A stretch of DNA of 63,635 nt, the filler included, from Choristocarpus tenellus KU-1152 (Eukaryota; Protista; Phaeophyceae): the NCBI GenBank assembly GCA_964200185.2. It is 11 parts of 11 records of this genome, joined end to end, with 100 filler letters (N's around TTAATTAATTAA, not from the genome) between each part and the next. Parts side by side here need not be neighbours in the genome. Positions count along the whole stretch, not along the records: positions 45,813 to 59,053 come from CAXNAD020001547.1; positions 59,154 to 63,635 come from CAXNAD020014357.1; 9 more parts are not named here. The stretch is one strand, 5' to 3'. This document shows positions 51,725-63,635 of the stretch, piece after piece. Positions within the stretch are counted from its first letter, which is position 1, and the number at the start of each line of letters is the position of its first letter. Below the pieces are notes generated by a model. It did not search any database. It saw only the letters and a list, made by a program, of their open reading frames with translations, and was not told where the DNA came from. Position numbers and translations under genes: made by a program.

Positions 51725-53941
51725 TGGGGCTGCGTTTGAGTCGATGTCGGAAAGGTACGGCATTCAGCACGAGCATACTGTGCCCAGTGCGCCTCAATAC
51801 AATGGGGTGGTAGAAAGGAAAATTGCCTTCGTATGGAAGAAGTCACTGGTACTGCGATATGGTGCGAGATCAGAAGATAATGGGACCATGTGGGCAGAGG
51901 CGATGTCACACACCAACGATCTAACCAACATGGCACCAGCGTCTGTGAATGAAGGCTGGGTAATTCCGTGGGAATTATGGCACGGACATCGTGCTGATGT
52001 TACGCAACTTTCAATTTGGGGTAGCCGTGGTTAAGCTCGCATTAACAACAACCAACCCACAAAGTCTTCACCCCATGCTGAAACTTGTTATATGATGGGT
52101 GTTGCACCTCATAACCAATACCCTCCCCATACTTACCAGATACTGCTGCCGCGTTCAGGGAGACTCGTGACGAAAAGAGACATCAGTTGGGAATCTATGT
52201 GGGATAGTAACCTGCATGATGACACCTAACATCAATCTTCAGGTTTGCCACTGTGGAGGGGGGATGAATTTTACCAGTGACAACGACTGGGGAAATGACA
52301 CCAGGGGATTCTAGTGATGAAGAGCCTGGACTATTCTTGGAGCGTATGGTGGAAGTCATTAGTGCAACAGAGTAACTGGGGTCAGGTACTGCTAAAGAAG
52401 AGCAATTGGGGTCGGGTCCTACTGTACAATTGGGGTCTGGAACAAGGATTTCTGGACAAATCGATGGGAACAGGGTTACGCCACCTCCACAGCAGGGGGG
52501 TGGGAGGATTGGGTCGGGAAGGTAGTCACAACCCTCTGAACCCAGGATGCTGTCTCGGCTCCGTGAGTACAACGTGGGACCGTCACAAACTCCTCTGGGA
52601 CGGAAGAGAACAACTAGTCGAATGGGCTACGTGGTAAGACACAAGGTGGAGGAGATGATTGGCGACGAATTGGTACTGGGTTGGACAGGGGATGCTCCGG
52701 CTAGTGAGCTACCCCCTGTATCTATAACTGTGAAGGAAGCACTTGAGTCTTGGGAGTCCAAGGAGTGGCTCGAGGCTATCTATGCTGACATCGATGGATT
52801 AATTGCTCATGGCACATGGGCACAGGTTCCCAGGCCAACTTAGGCGAATGTCCTGAAACTTAAATTCATTGTTTTCAAGAAAGGTGAATTCATTGGGATT
52901 GGTGGAGGGCTGGAAAGCAAGACTGGTGGTACAAGGATTCCGACAACAGCCTGGAATCGATTGGCATGAAAAATTCGCGCCAACAGCACAAATACCAAGC
53001 CTGTGTATGATCCTTGTACTGATTGCACGGTTGGGATGGGGCCTAAATATGACAGACGCAATGAGGGCTTTCACAAGTGCAGACCTGGAGGAAGACCTGT
53101 ATGTAGAGCTGCCAGAGGGGGTGATGGCTGAATTCGATGGGGTGGTTGGGAAGCTACAACAATCATTGTATGGGATTGTCCAAGCATCACGTAATTGGAA
53201 TGCCCTACTTGTGGCATCATTACTGGACCTGGGACTGGAACAATGAGAGGCTGATCTTTGTTTAGAAGGGTGTTGGATGGGGAACTGGTACTAATCATGC
53301 TCATTCATGTCGATGATATGTTTCAACATGCTTATGGCCAGCAAGGGGTCAAAGCATACCTTGGATATAGTTCAGGGATTAAACAAGAAATTTTCTATGG
53401 AGTACCTTGGTGAGAAGGGGCAGTTTATGGGATTTCGTATCAACAGGGATTGTGCATTTGGGACAGTTTCCATAGACCAACTGGTGTATGTTGAAAACTT
53501 GGCAGCCAAATGTAAAATCATGAGTGGCTTCCTGCTGCTACTACTAAAGAATTTGTTGAGGAGAGACCAATTGGAGATGGTTATCGTACAATGGTTGGGA
53601 GCTTGATGTGTGCATCCATTATGACCACACCCGATGTATCATCTGCGTTAAGGAGCCTAGCGATGAATTGTCTGAATCCCACAGTGACGATTGGAAAGGG
53701 GCCGAAAGCGATTGCGTATTTGCTGAGGACAAGTAACAGGGGCTTGACTATTGGTGATTTCAGTTTGTATGGTGATGCACCTAGGGACCAAATCATTGAC
53801 TAATGCTGATGCAGACTACGCCAATTGTGAGATTTCAAGATTTTCTGCGTCTGGTGGTGTGGTAATGTTTGGGGGTGCATGTGTGAGCTGGTGGTCTAGA
53901 ATGAAGACTGTTACTTTATCTACCACTGAGTCTGAGTATGT

Positions 53942-54198
53942 GACTCAAAGTATCTTAGAGGGTAGAGCCACGTCCGTTTGGGGGCCAAAATCCAATGTCG
54001 CAATTTGGATGTAATTTTGGCTATCGTGTTTTTTAGGAAGTGTCAATTTCCTTGTTCCAGACAAATCTTTCATAATGTATACATTTTATCTACTCCAAAA
54101 CATTTCGGAGTAGGAAAGTGTCATAACAAACCCTTGGAAAATCAAGCCCCAAACGGACAAACATGGCAAAATTCGTACCCTCTAAGATGATTTCACTC
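53942..54198. mobile_element. MITE family A inserted in Copia RNase H
   Basis: ATGT|GACTCAAAGTATC...GATTTCACTC|ATGT. Removing it restores STTESEYVSLCD. Confidence 0.93.
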
Positions 54199-57100
54199 AT
54201 GTATCGTTGTGTGATTTGGACGAGGTTATATTTTTGCAACGAGTCCAATTTTTTCTGGAGCCAACTATGCACAAGTAGTGTGTACGATGACCTGAAGACA
54301 AAAGTTTGGCAATCAAGTTGGCTGAGAAGACACCTTCAGGGGGTAGGACAAAACATATATATATATATATATATATTAGATATCATTATGTAAGGAACTT
54401 TGTGAAGGAGGGGAAGGCACATACTGTATATGTAAACTCAGGTGAACAACATGGAGATTTGCTTACGAAGACTTTGAGCAGTAACGTGTTTGAATTCCAC
54501 TCTAGAGCTACCATGCACTGTGAATAAGGGGTAGTGCGCATATTGAATTGGATTTGAAGTTGGGATTTATTTTTGAAATGATTTGATTCTCACTGCCTAG
54601 TCAGAGCAGGGGAGTGTGTCAAGATTATGCTTGACCATTTGCGAGAATAAGATTCGAAGTAACATTTTATCTACGCACAGACGATGATGCGGGACAGTAA
54701 GGATATTTAGGCGGGTAGTTGACCAGAAGCAATTGGCGGAATGTTAGAGTTGGAGTATTTCTGACGTGTGCTAGAGAACTGTTGATTCATTTGATATTCT
54801 GAGCAATTTACTGTAAGGTTTAGTGAGCCCCATCTAGTGACGGTGTATCACTCTCTTCTCATCTGTGATCAAGCTAATAATCAATAATATTACTGGTTGT
54901 GTTGGACAACAGATCGTCAAGGACAGCTTAACAGACCACAAAAGTAAGAGGGTGAGCGGTGTCCGTATTCTGCTCCTGCCTAGGTAGACCATGAAATCAA
55001 ATAGGAGCCTGCCCAACAGCATTGTCCAGTCTGATACTTTATATATTGTAGACTTATGTCCAACAGGAACACGTGAGGGGGTGGTCGTCACAAAGCAAAG
55101 CACTCATAGTATTAAGGTGCACCTATTTCACTTCTTGGACTCATTTTGTCCCGGTCATCTTGTATGCCATACCAGTATATCACAAAAAGGCATCGTGTAG
55201 CAACACAGGTATGTTTCGCAAGACCAAGCAGTGATAACTACTTACCTCTATCAGCCACTGTGTTGGACGATTGTAAAACAATATCGGGAGGTAGTGCAGG
55301 TCGCACGAAAATCGGAGTCTCATCAGAGCTCCCAAAACTTGTTGGCATTCCGTCGTTTTCCGAGTCACCTGGTGCGAGGAAGGGATACGAGATGTAATAC
55401 TTCAGACACTTTACTAGGTAAGGAGTTGAAAGGTCAAGGCGTACCTGGTTGCCTTCCGAACAGTAGCTAATGACATTCCCTGCAAAAAATATTTTTCAGG
55501 GGATGTCATTAGCCAGAGCTCTATTTCTAGATAGTTCAGTCACCAGTTTTGCATTTGAGCAAGTTCTACAATCATGCCCCTGACACACCTGCAACATGCC
55601 ATTCGCAACACCCCACCACACACTTCTTGAAATAGCCACCTGGATCGTGGAGACTCATTATTGCATTGTTCGTGTTACCCGACGAGTCGGAACTCACCCT
55701 CACCAGAAGACATACTAGAAAATCTCCCGCAGATAGATGTGAAGCTCCACTCCCAGGCGTTCGTACGCACCTCCCACACTTTCGTTCAGACAACTGCGAC
55801 AAAATGAGAGCGTGACTATGACGCCTTCTAATACCTGAACATCATGTAGCAGGCTGGTCGTTCCAGACTCAAGAGCAACAGCTTCTACTGTCTCCAAGCC
55901 AATGTTGAGTGGTTCAAACAGCATAAATATCGATATTCTGTGGTGACTGACCTTTCGTCCCGACCATGTTTTTCCGTATGGGTTACGAAAAGTAAATGCA
56001 TGGTGGTGGTGGTGACCTTGACGTCAAATATGATGCCTTTCGACATGAATAGCTCAATAGTTCTTTCGAATTGAGACCAAACGACAGCAGTACGCAAAGA
56101 TTATTTTATCAACCTATAGAAACCCGGAGATTGATTAGCTACCACCATTCTTCGAGACCCCACAGTCCGAGAACTATGAGAAGTACCTTTATTGAAACGA
56201 ATATATTAACATATTATCATTTTTCCAAGGGAGGGAACAAAAAGTATGTAACATTAAATATACATATCTAATATATATAGTTCCTATATTAATATGCCCT
56301 CTGACATTTGAGAGATGTGTCATGAGAAAAATCAAGGAAACATTATGTAGTTTATCCACAATCCTGTTTTCGTCTATTATTATAGTGATACATTGATATT
56401 TTGTCTGCATTGCAGGCCCCGAAGCGTCCCAAAACAGAACCAGTCAAGAACTCCATTTTTATCTTGTGCAGGCACATTCGTTCTCTTCAGGCTTTCACCC
56501 TCCAAATTATCCACGAAAATATGGTAACACTTCAATAGAGGTGGGCGGAAGAATACTTGCCTCTCCACCACCATCACCACCATCATCACCGTACACCTCC
56601 ATCTTACTTTCTGACTCTAAATCGCCGCTGCACTGCACAAACACTATTGTAGTAGTGCAGACAATAGTACCATAACAGACACATATAGCAGGTACAAATA
56701 TTACCTCTGGGTACTGTGGCTTCCAAAGTTGCCTTTCTCATCGCCCTTTCCACTTGTTTAAACTGATGCTTCTGAGCGACCTCTTTCTTGCTGACTCCAA
56801 TTCATCCAATCGTGAGCCAAACTAAACGAGACGTACCCGGGTTTTGGTTGTCTTACATATTAAGCCACTTTTAGTCTAATGTAATTCACCCATATTTCTA
56901 TGGATGAATTACTAAGAATCATTTGAGAGCATTCATTTCTCTATTGTAATTTTTTTTCCAACGGAATTTAGAAAATTCCCTACACGCATTTATTTGCACA
57001 AAAAGTCGAAATTTGCACAAATTTGTTACCATCATATATACCTATATATGCAACAATGGGTACCTCTCGCTTACTTTAACTCGGTCCTCATACCAGCACT

Positions 57101-58173
57101 TTGTCACTCCGTTACACTTAGTTGCTTTCGCTTGTGTTCGCCTAGCATGTACAACACTTCGCCTTTATGGACCAGAGAGATAATTGTTTACATTTGTTGG
57201 CGCCACCTGATGTGTCCTCATGCCTCTCCTTACGCTTTGATGCCATGCTGCACACGTCACTGTCTCCACCAACATTTACGGGTTCACTTTATCCTAATAT
57301 TAACCTCGTGCCAAACAGCTATGATTTGTCAGCAACAAGAGGTCTGTTTCCAGTTGAAGGAGAAGAAGTCCTTGACACAACGATAGTTTCATTGTCGCTG
57401 GTGCCCTTGTTACTCTTCTCTCCTTGTTGGGAGTGTGACAATCAAAGCACGGCCTCATATCATCGTCTTCATCCAGATCTGTGGTATCACAAATTCCCTG
57501 AAGGTCATCTCCGCACTAACATTCATGCCCAGTGAAGTGTGGTAGTCCCAGTGTCATGGCCCGAATAAGAGCGCAGCCTTTCAATGTGTAAGGTATGGTC
57601 ATTGTGTACAGGGAGGTACATGAGAAGGGGATTGATTACCTGGCTGTCAGTGAGGACAAGTCGACTTCTCACCACCCTTCATTGTGGCATAGCTGGTCTA
57701 TGTATATTAAGGTGTTGATGCCCAATATTGCCCAGCACATGCCTTGTGACACAAAATGGAGGACTACATTCGCACCGATCCAAATAGGAAACCATATGGA
57801 CTGACACGATGCCTTATTAATACAGAGTCAAGACAAGTAAGAGCTAGGCATGGTTGCATTTTAAAAGATCTCCACAAAGGGAAGAAATATGCCATCGTGT
57901 ACAATTGAAGAAAGAGCATTTGCTGAGTTGTGGTATCACATTGTGGGTGGAGAGGGAAAATATCGGTTTTGCGTATGCTGCTGAGCATATTAAGCAATTA
58001 AAATAGTGTGTATCACACAGGATAAAGAAATATGGATTAGAATGCAAAGGGTCCAAAACCTGCCTACCTCTTGATTGATTTGAGACTCACATGACATAGA
58101 AGGACACTCCCTCAGTATAGTCATTGACGCACACTCAATCGCACAACAACCTGCCCTACAAAATAACAGAAAA

Positions 58174-58351
58174 GCCTCAAAGTATCTGTGTGTGGGGGGG
58201 GGTCTACACCAGGGTATCCATTCAGGCCCTGACCAGCAGAACCGCACTTACATCATCCATCCGACGCATGCAACCAAATGACCCAAAAATCTCCAGATGG
58301 AAAAATGGAGCCTGAGTGGACAGCCGCCTCCCCCGCCAGATAATTCGAACC
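58174..58351. mobile_element. MITE family B (diverged)
   Basis: GCCTCAAAGTATCTGTG...CCAGATAATTCGAACC with family B internal motifs. Confidence 0.8.
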
Positions 58352-58895
58352 AAACTGGATATGGAATCGTTTAAATTAAGAAAGTAATGCACACAATGCC
58401 GTTCTCCTCAGTACCCTTGAATCTCCAGCGATATCCCTTGCAGACCATAGGGTTCTTTCTAAGTTCCGCTGTGCTTGGTTGCTGAAGATATACTCACCAT
58501 CTACCTGTAGAGTTCCTCCTGTTGGGACCAAACAAACTTGCTCGTCACATCCAGCCCATCCGTGGCAAACACCCATCCAGGCTGAAAGGACATGTTTTCA
58601 CCGGGCTGTTTTGCCTTGTACTAAAGCTAAAGAGCCTGAACCCTGATAACGTGAAGCTCCTCACTGTGTTGCGCTGGCTTGTTGCAGGTGGATTCATTGT
58701 AGACCAAATTCGGCACAAAATATATATACCAGCACATCACCAACGACAAAGCAACCTAATTTGCGAAGTTCTGGTCGTGAAAAAAATGTACAGGTCGTCT
58801 AATAAATATTAAGGGAGAAGCACAGAGCAAGCAAGGAAGAGACCTAGGTGAACAATATCTTGTACATGATGATATTACCGCCCATGCCATGAGCA

Positions 58896-59053
58896 AAGTG
58901 AAAGTATCTTAGAGGGTACGAGTTTTTCCCTGTTTGTCCGTTTGGGGCTAGGTTTCTACGGGTTTCTTATTACATTGAGCCAAAGTATCTGAGAGGGTAG
59001 AGCCACGTCCATTTGGGGGTCAAAATCCAATGTTCCGATTTTGATGTAGTTTT
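58896..59053. mobile_element. Two juxtaposed family A ends (one copy apparently inserted in another), cut by contig end
   Basis: AGTGAAAGTATCTTAGAGGGTACGAG... is followed at ~58977 by GAGCCAAAGTATCTGAGAGGGTAGAGCC. Confidence 0.8.
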
Positions 59054-60034
59054 NNNNNNNNNNNNNNNNNNNNNNNNNNNNNNNNNNNNNNNNNNNNTTA
59101 ATTAATTAANNNNNNNNNNNNNNNNNNNNNNNNNNNNNNNNNNNNNNNNNNNNGGGTGAATAGATGTTTGGGGCAGGGGTCACAATAAGACCTGGATGTG
59201 TGAACCTGAGACAACAAACGAGGTAGAGCTGAAGGTTGAGTACAAATATCATGATTCTTTGGAGGTGCATGTGTAATGGGCACAGAGTAAATTGGAGATA
59301 CATGCCCACAGTCCAATCCACCCAGTCTTCCTTCAGACAATAATCCTCTCACCCTCTCTGAAAAGAGGCCTTGCAACGTCCTTGGCAAGTGGAAACCCAA
59401 TATGTTCTCGCCAAGTCCCAACTGCAAAAATATATCAGTTAGCACATGGGAGACACACCATTGCTGCTGCCATACGTTTCTCATCAGGTGAAGCAAGCAG
59501 TCACAGTGTTTGGGAATGGGGATTGGGAGTGTGCTCATTGCAGAAGTTACAATTGCATCCTGGATAGTTGGGATACATGCCCCATGTCTACATTATTATA
59601 ATTCCCGGGAAACTTGTAGGAATCACGCAGTTGTATACCCTGGGTGGCAATATTAGCGGTACATGGATTGCACCTTCAAACCGCTGATGCGGACATTTTG
59701 GTGCAATGAACCAGCTCGAGATCTCAGTGAGGAAATTAGGGTTTTGAGACCGCCCCTGACGATATCTGCTTAGAAGGCAGTACACCAACAATGCTACATG
59801 TATCTACCAGTAATGGCGTAGGTACTGATGCAGCCAAGGCGCAAAAATACACCTATTACGAGAGTTCTTTTCACCCTCAGAGATTTTATTTCAACACCTT
59901 CACGGTGGAACGTTTTGAGTGGCTCAGTAAGCAAGCAGAAATGTTTTAGATGAGTTGGCCACACAGAGAGGGGTGGGAAGTTATAGCAGGAAGGGGGCTG
60001 TCAAGTCGCGAAAGATATTGTCTGCACTGCACAG

Positions 60035-60207
60035 GCTCTGGGGTGTGTGTGGCGGCTGTCCATTTGGGGCCAATTTTTGTATGTTTTGATTTTTGGGCGA
60101 TTTGGTTGCAAACGTCGGATGGATAATGTAAGTGTAGTTTTCCTGGTTAGGATCCAAATGGACACCCTGGTGTAGAACCCCCCTCACCCCCCCAGATACT
60201 TTGGGTC
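60035..60207. mobile_element. MITE family B (left end eroded)
   Basis: GGCTGTCCATTTGGGG...GGATGGATAATG...CCCAGATACTTTGGGTC. Confidence 0.82.
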
Positions 60208-60653
60208 ACAAACGGCTCTCTCGAGACACGTCATTCTAGAGACACTAGGCAGATGGTAAGAAGGGGTTAGTCAGATTCTTGGGGTGATTCACTAGCTCCT
60301 CATCAACCTTAATAGGGCTGAGGCAGGTTAGAGGTATACCAGCAGTGTACACATTGCGTTTGTGATTACCCTTAAAAAATGAACATTGTTTGCTGCACAG
60401 ATAGTATTCAAATAATAAATAGTTTTTGGGGTCTCTTTCACAGTATGACAACTACTACTAAAAGGTACTGGTGATATGGGTTTGAATTTTTCCATGGTAC
60501 ATTCGTATAATGTCAGAGATTAAAATAATATGTATCCATGGAGATTAAAAGGACGTAATAGGGCTCGTTAAATATACTTTTTCATTCATGTTTCTGGTTG
60601 CCTGTTTTCTCGTGTTTCATTCATGAACATTGCATACTACTATAATTTTTATG

Positions 60654-61574
60654 CCCACTGAGATTTTGCAGATATGTTAGGGAAAACGCCAAACCAATAT
60701 CACAAGGACCCCTATAAAAGCAACAGTTGTCGTATCTACTGTTGTACATATACATCCATACATCCATACATCCATACATCCCACACCATTATAAGACACA
60801 TATATTATGATGACCACCTAGGTGCAAAATGTCAAAAGGATGTAATACAATACTTAGTTTTTGTTGATTTCCCCCCATCTCTCTCTCTCTCTCTCTCTCT
60901 AATATTTTACCCTCTGACATTTTGCAGACGTGTCAGGGGAAAACCAAGGAAAAACTATTCATATATGTCAGAAATTTTATTGTACAGAAAATTATGAGTG
61001 TCAAGTTGATGCCATCTACAAGACTCGGTATGAGAGGCAGATAAACACCCAGATCTTACCCTTCTACTGACACATCTGTAAAATGTCAGTGGTAAAATAT
61101 ATTTTAGTACAAACTACAGAGTATTCACACCATCCTCAGAACAATAGTGCAGATGAGTATGTTTCCATAGTAAAATACGCCACCAATCGTGATAGCAGAA
61201 AGATCTCCTCCCCTCTCATCACACATCTGCAAAAGGCTCAAAGTATCTGGGAGGGGGTGGTGGCTGTCCATTTGGGGTCAATTTTTCCATATCGTGATTT
61301 TTGGGTGATTTGGCTGCCATACATCGGATGGATAATGCAAATGCACTTTTCCCGATTTTGGTCGGAATGGACACCCTTGTGTAGACCTTCCCCCCCCCCC
61401 CCCCTCACCCACGGGGGCCATGCCCCGGCGCTGTCGCGTTGTCTTTCTCATGTTATNNNNNNNNNNACCGGGTGGATATAGCAAATGTTTTTTTCCCGGT
61501 TTTGGCAGGAAGGGACACCCTTGTTTAGGCCGTCCCCCCCCCCCCCCAGATACTTTGGGTCAAATGTCCGTGCG
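60654..61574. mobile_element. Nest: outer family C element containing an inner family C copy (60910-61092) and family B MITE(s) (61235-61561) in its right end
   Basis: Two left arms and two right arms in nested order. ACACATCTGCAAAA|MITE B|AAATGTCCGTGCG reconstitutes the outer right arm. Confidence 0.75.
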
Positions 61575-61919
61575 TGTTCTATTATACATACTGGTATTGT
61601 TGTAAGTATAGCATGTATATATATATATATAAACCATATAATAATCAATACATTTTTTTTCACTTCGTATAAAAAGCTATCTTCATTCCCTCCTGTCTCA
61701 AAGTAATGTTGAAATAAAAAAACTCGAATGTACAGGTCACAAATGCATTTTTCTAATATAGTGGTACCAGCAGCTTCGCCCTCTGGGGTTCTCCCGTCAT
61801 AACCTTTGACATAGACATCGGATTAAAAAAATGAAAGGATATTCGTGATGCCCGTCACAAGGCCATCCAGAGCACGCGCTTCGTGTTTTTTCGCCATGTT
61901 TTTATTTTTTCAAGAAAGA

Positions 61920-61985
61920 CCGCTCATATTGGGATTCGAACCCCGGATAATAGGTCTCCAAGAGTGCCAAGAGATGCACCAAAAA
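61920..61985 (-). pseudogene. tRNA/SINE-like relic
   Basis: B-box GGTTCGAATCC with flanking stem on the minus strand; 5' half unrecognisable. Confidence 0.3.
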
Positions 61986-62179
61986 TATATATTACTTGAT
62001 TAAAGTATAGTGGTTTAGCATGAAAATACGCCAGTCAAACGAATGATTCAATGAATGAATGCTACGTGTAAATATAATTATTTTCTCCATCTGCCAGCAG
62101 GAATTCCAAATGTGCCGGGCGCCTATGAGACTTGCACTTCTTGTACTCCTTCTCAGCTTCCGGTCCAGTGACAGCCGTC

Positions 62180-62800
62180 TTGAGTAGAGAAGATGGTGCG
62201 CGTAAGTATTCTTGTAGTACTTCTGTATGAGCCAAACAACCTGCCTATCCTCAGCTTATTTCAAGTCAAAGGAATTTTTTTTCGGAGTCCGTCCAAAGAA
62301 TAGGTACAATGTTGTCATAGCCAGTGCTTTGCTCGCCCCCACACGAGTTCAATGGGGTTGAGCTCACAGTGATACTTTGGGAGCATTAGGCATAACCCTC
62401 TGTACCGCTCGACAAGAAGCTGAAGACTAGGAACTACCTTGCTGAAGTCCCTCGGCTCTCCAAGCACATGCAACATACTTTGGCTATTCTACACCCGGGT
62501 TTTCGCCTAGGCGTTTCCTGAGCGCAATGGCACGCAGTCGCACTGCTCTCTTTCCCGGCCTTCCCTTTGGGCAACCACTATGTTTCCTTCGCCCGCCGTG
62601 AACAGGCTTTCCCACAGACTTTGTCACTGTACCACCTGGTGATGGACTCGCCACTCTCTTCCTGTTTTCCCGAGGTGGCAGAGACTGCAGAGCAGTTCTC
62701 TGATGTGGTTGAAGACCCAACCACGTTTGTGTGGTGATGCTTTCAATGCATCTTCTCTCAGCATCAGTGTTGCGACCGTGTGGTCCATTTCACGATTTGA
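62180..62800 (-). pseudogene. IS630/Tc1-mariner superfamily DDE transposase remnant
   Basis: Minus frame reads EPRDFSKVVPSLQLLVERYRGLCLMLPKYHCELNPIELVWGRAKHWL*QHCTYSLDGLRKKIP. The LPKxHCELNPIExxW motif carries the catalytic Glu. Upstream EDAL and GxPKG fragments lie in shifted frames. Confidence 0.85.
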
Positions 62801-63418
62801 TCATGCTGCTGCCCCACACTACTTACACTTTCTCGTCACCTAACATCGCACTGAGTTTCACACGGTACTTATTCAGAAAATGGAGACTCCTATTCGCAGG
62901 GTCAGTTGCACACAGATGGAGGATGAGCGACTTCCCGAGCGAGGTGGCAATGTTTGAGGACCTTGCAATGGAAAAAGGGAAGCAAAATGGACGGGAGAAG
63001 AACTTGTGGATATGGCTACAAGACGACCTAGAGAAGGTTTTGGTCGTGGTTGAGGTATGGAGCACAAGGGCAACCAATCAACAGAGGTAGTACGGGTGTG
63101 TGGTTAGCGACATGACCAGTTTAATAGCAGAGTTGCATTCTGAGGAAAATGCGATTGCTGAAGTACCTCATGTTAAGGCAGCAGTCAAAGCAACCCAAGC
63201 CACCAACAAGACCACCATCGATTGGCCACTAAATTATTGATCTTTGTTTTTCTCTTTTGGGTTGAATTTTCTTGTTTCTCCTTTTCGGTATATGACCGAT
63301 GTTTGTTTGGGTTAGAACATTACACCTGGGTAATCTTCGTTACCCTCATACATACACTGACTGGGTTCCTTCTCCTCTCTCTTTACCCTACTTCCTGCCA
63401 CTCCAAAATGGACAATAA

Positions 63419-63594
63419 GACTCAATGTGTCTGGGGGAGAGGTGGTGGCTGTCCATTCGGGGCGCATTTTTCCATGTTGCGATTTTTGGATGAATTTGGT
63501 TGAATGCGTCGGATGGATAAAGTAGGTGCACTTCTCCTGTTCAGTGCCCAAATGGGCACCCTGGTGTAGACCTCCCCCTCCCCCCCCCCGAGTC
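63419..63594. mobile_element. MITE family B
   Basis: GACTCAATGTGTCTGGGG...GGATGGATAA...CCCTGGTGTAGACC-polyC-GAGTC. Confidence 0.8.
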
Positions 63595-63635
63595 ACATAA
63601 GGGTATTCTTCAAGATCTATGTGGGAGTGTGGGGG

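Larger units (their letters stand above)
49484..54933 (+). mobile_element. Decayed Ty1/Copia LTR retrotransposon with both LTRs (49484-49773, 54617-54933)
   Basis: Direct-repeat LTRs and a PPT (AGAGCAGGGGAG) before the 3' LTR. Domains in Copia order: knuckle CFACGKLGHQSFAC, protease (ESGATH), LHVRLGH..CRGCSLGK, integrase APQYNGVVERK, RT KARLVVQGFRQQPGIDW and HVDD, RNaseH DADYA..STTESEY. Many stops and frameshifts; no TSD seen. Confidence 0.93.

Noticed and set aside
55000-59900. Possible DIRS/LINE remnants (TLIYID-like near 57700, GGL-like near 59320)
   Set aside because: Isolated short motifs in broken frames, spanning a contig linker; insufficient without a profile search.

Overview
Eukaryotic, intron-rich, repeat-rich DNA, most likely from a photosynthetic stramenopile (brown-alga-like ochrophyte). 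The evidence is a bipartite AGA-FVP plastid presequence and a stramenopile-type GH5 glucanase. The window is not one locus: it is 11 contigs joined by artificial 100-bp linkers (N44-TTAATTAATTAA-N44), so adjacency across linkers is meaningless. Exons read by hand give partial host genes: GAPDH (+), DNA-PKcs (-, 9 exons), a GH5 exo-beta-1,3-glucanase (+, 6 exons) and a plastid-targeted protoporphyrinogen oxidase-like N-terminus (-), plus a few unidentified exons. Mobile DNA dominates the rest: a decayed two-LTR Copia element; a decayed Gypsy element whose candidate LTR encloses an antisense tRNA-Ala; an IS630/Tc1-like transposase relic; a Stowaway-like MITE; a hairpin-ended element family; and two very abundant related MITE families with GNNNNAAAGTATCT ends and 4-bp TSDs (Sola-like). 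The most unusual contig (11609-14860) has a ~234-bp tandem array directly upstream of an uninterrupted ORF with a ParB/Srx-like NGQHR motif. All protein identities come from recognised motifs, not database searches.
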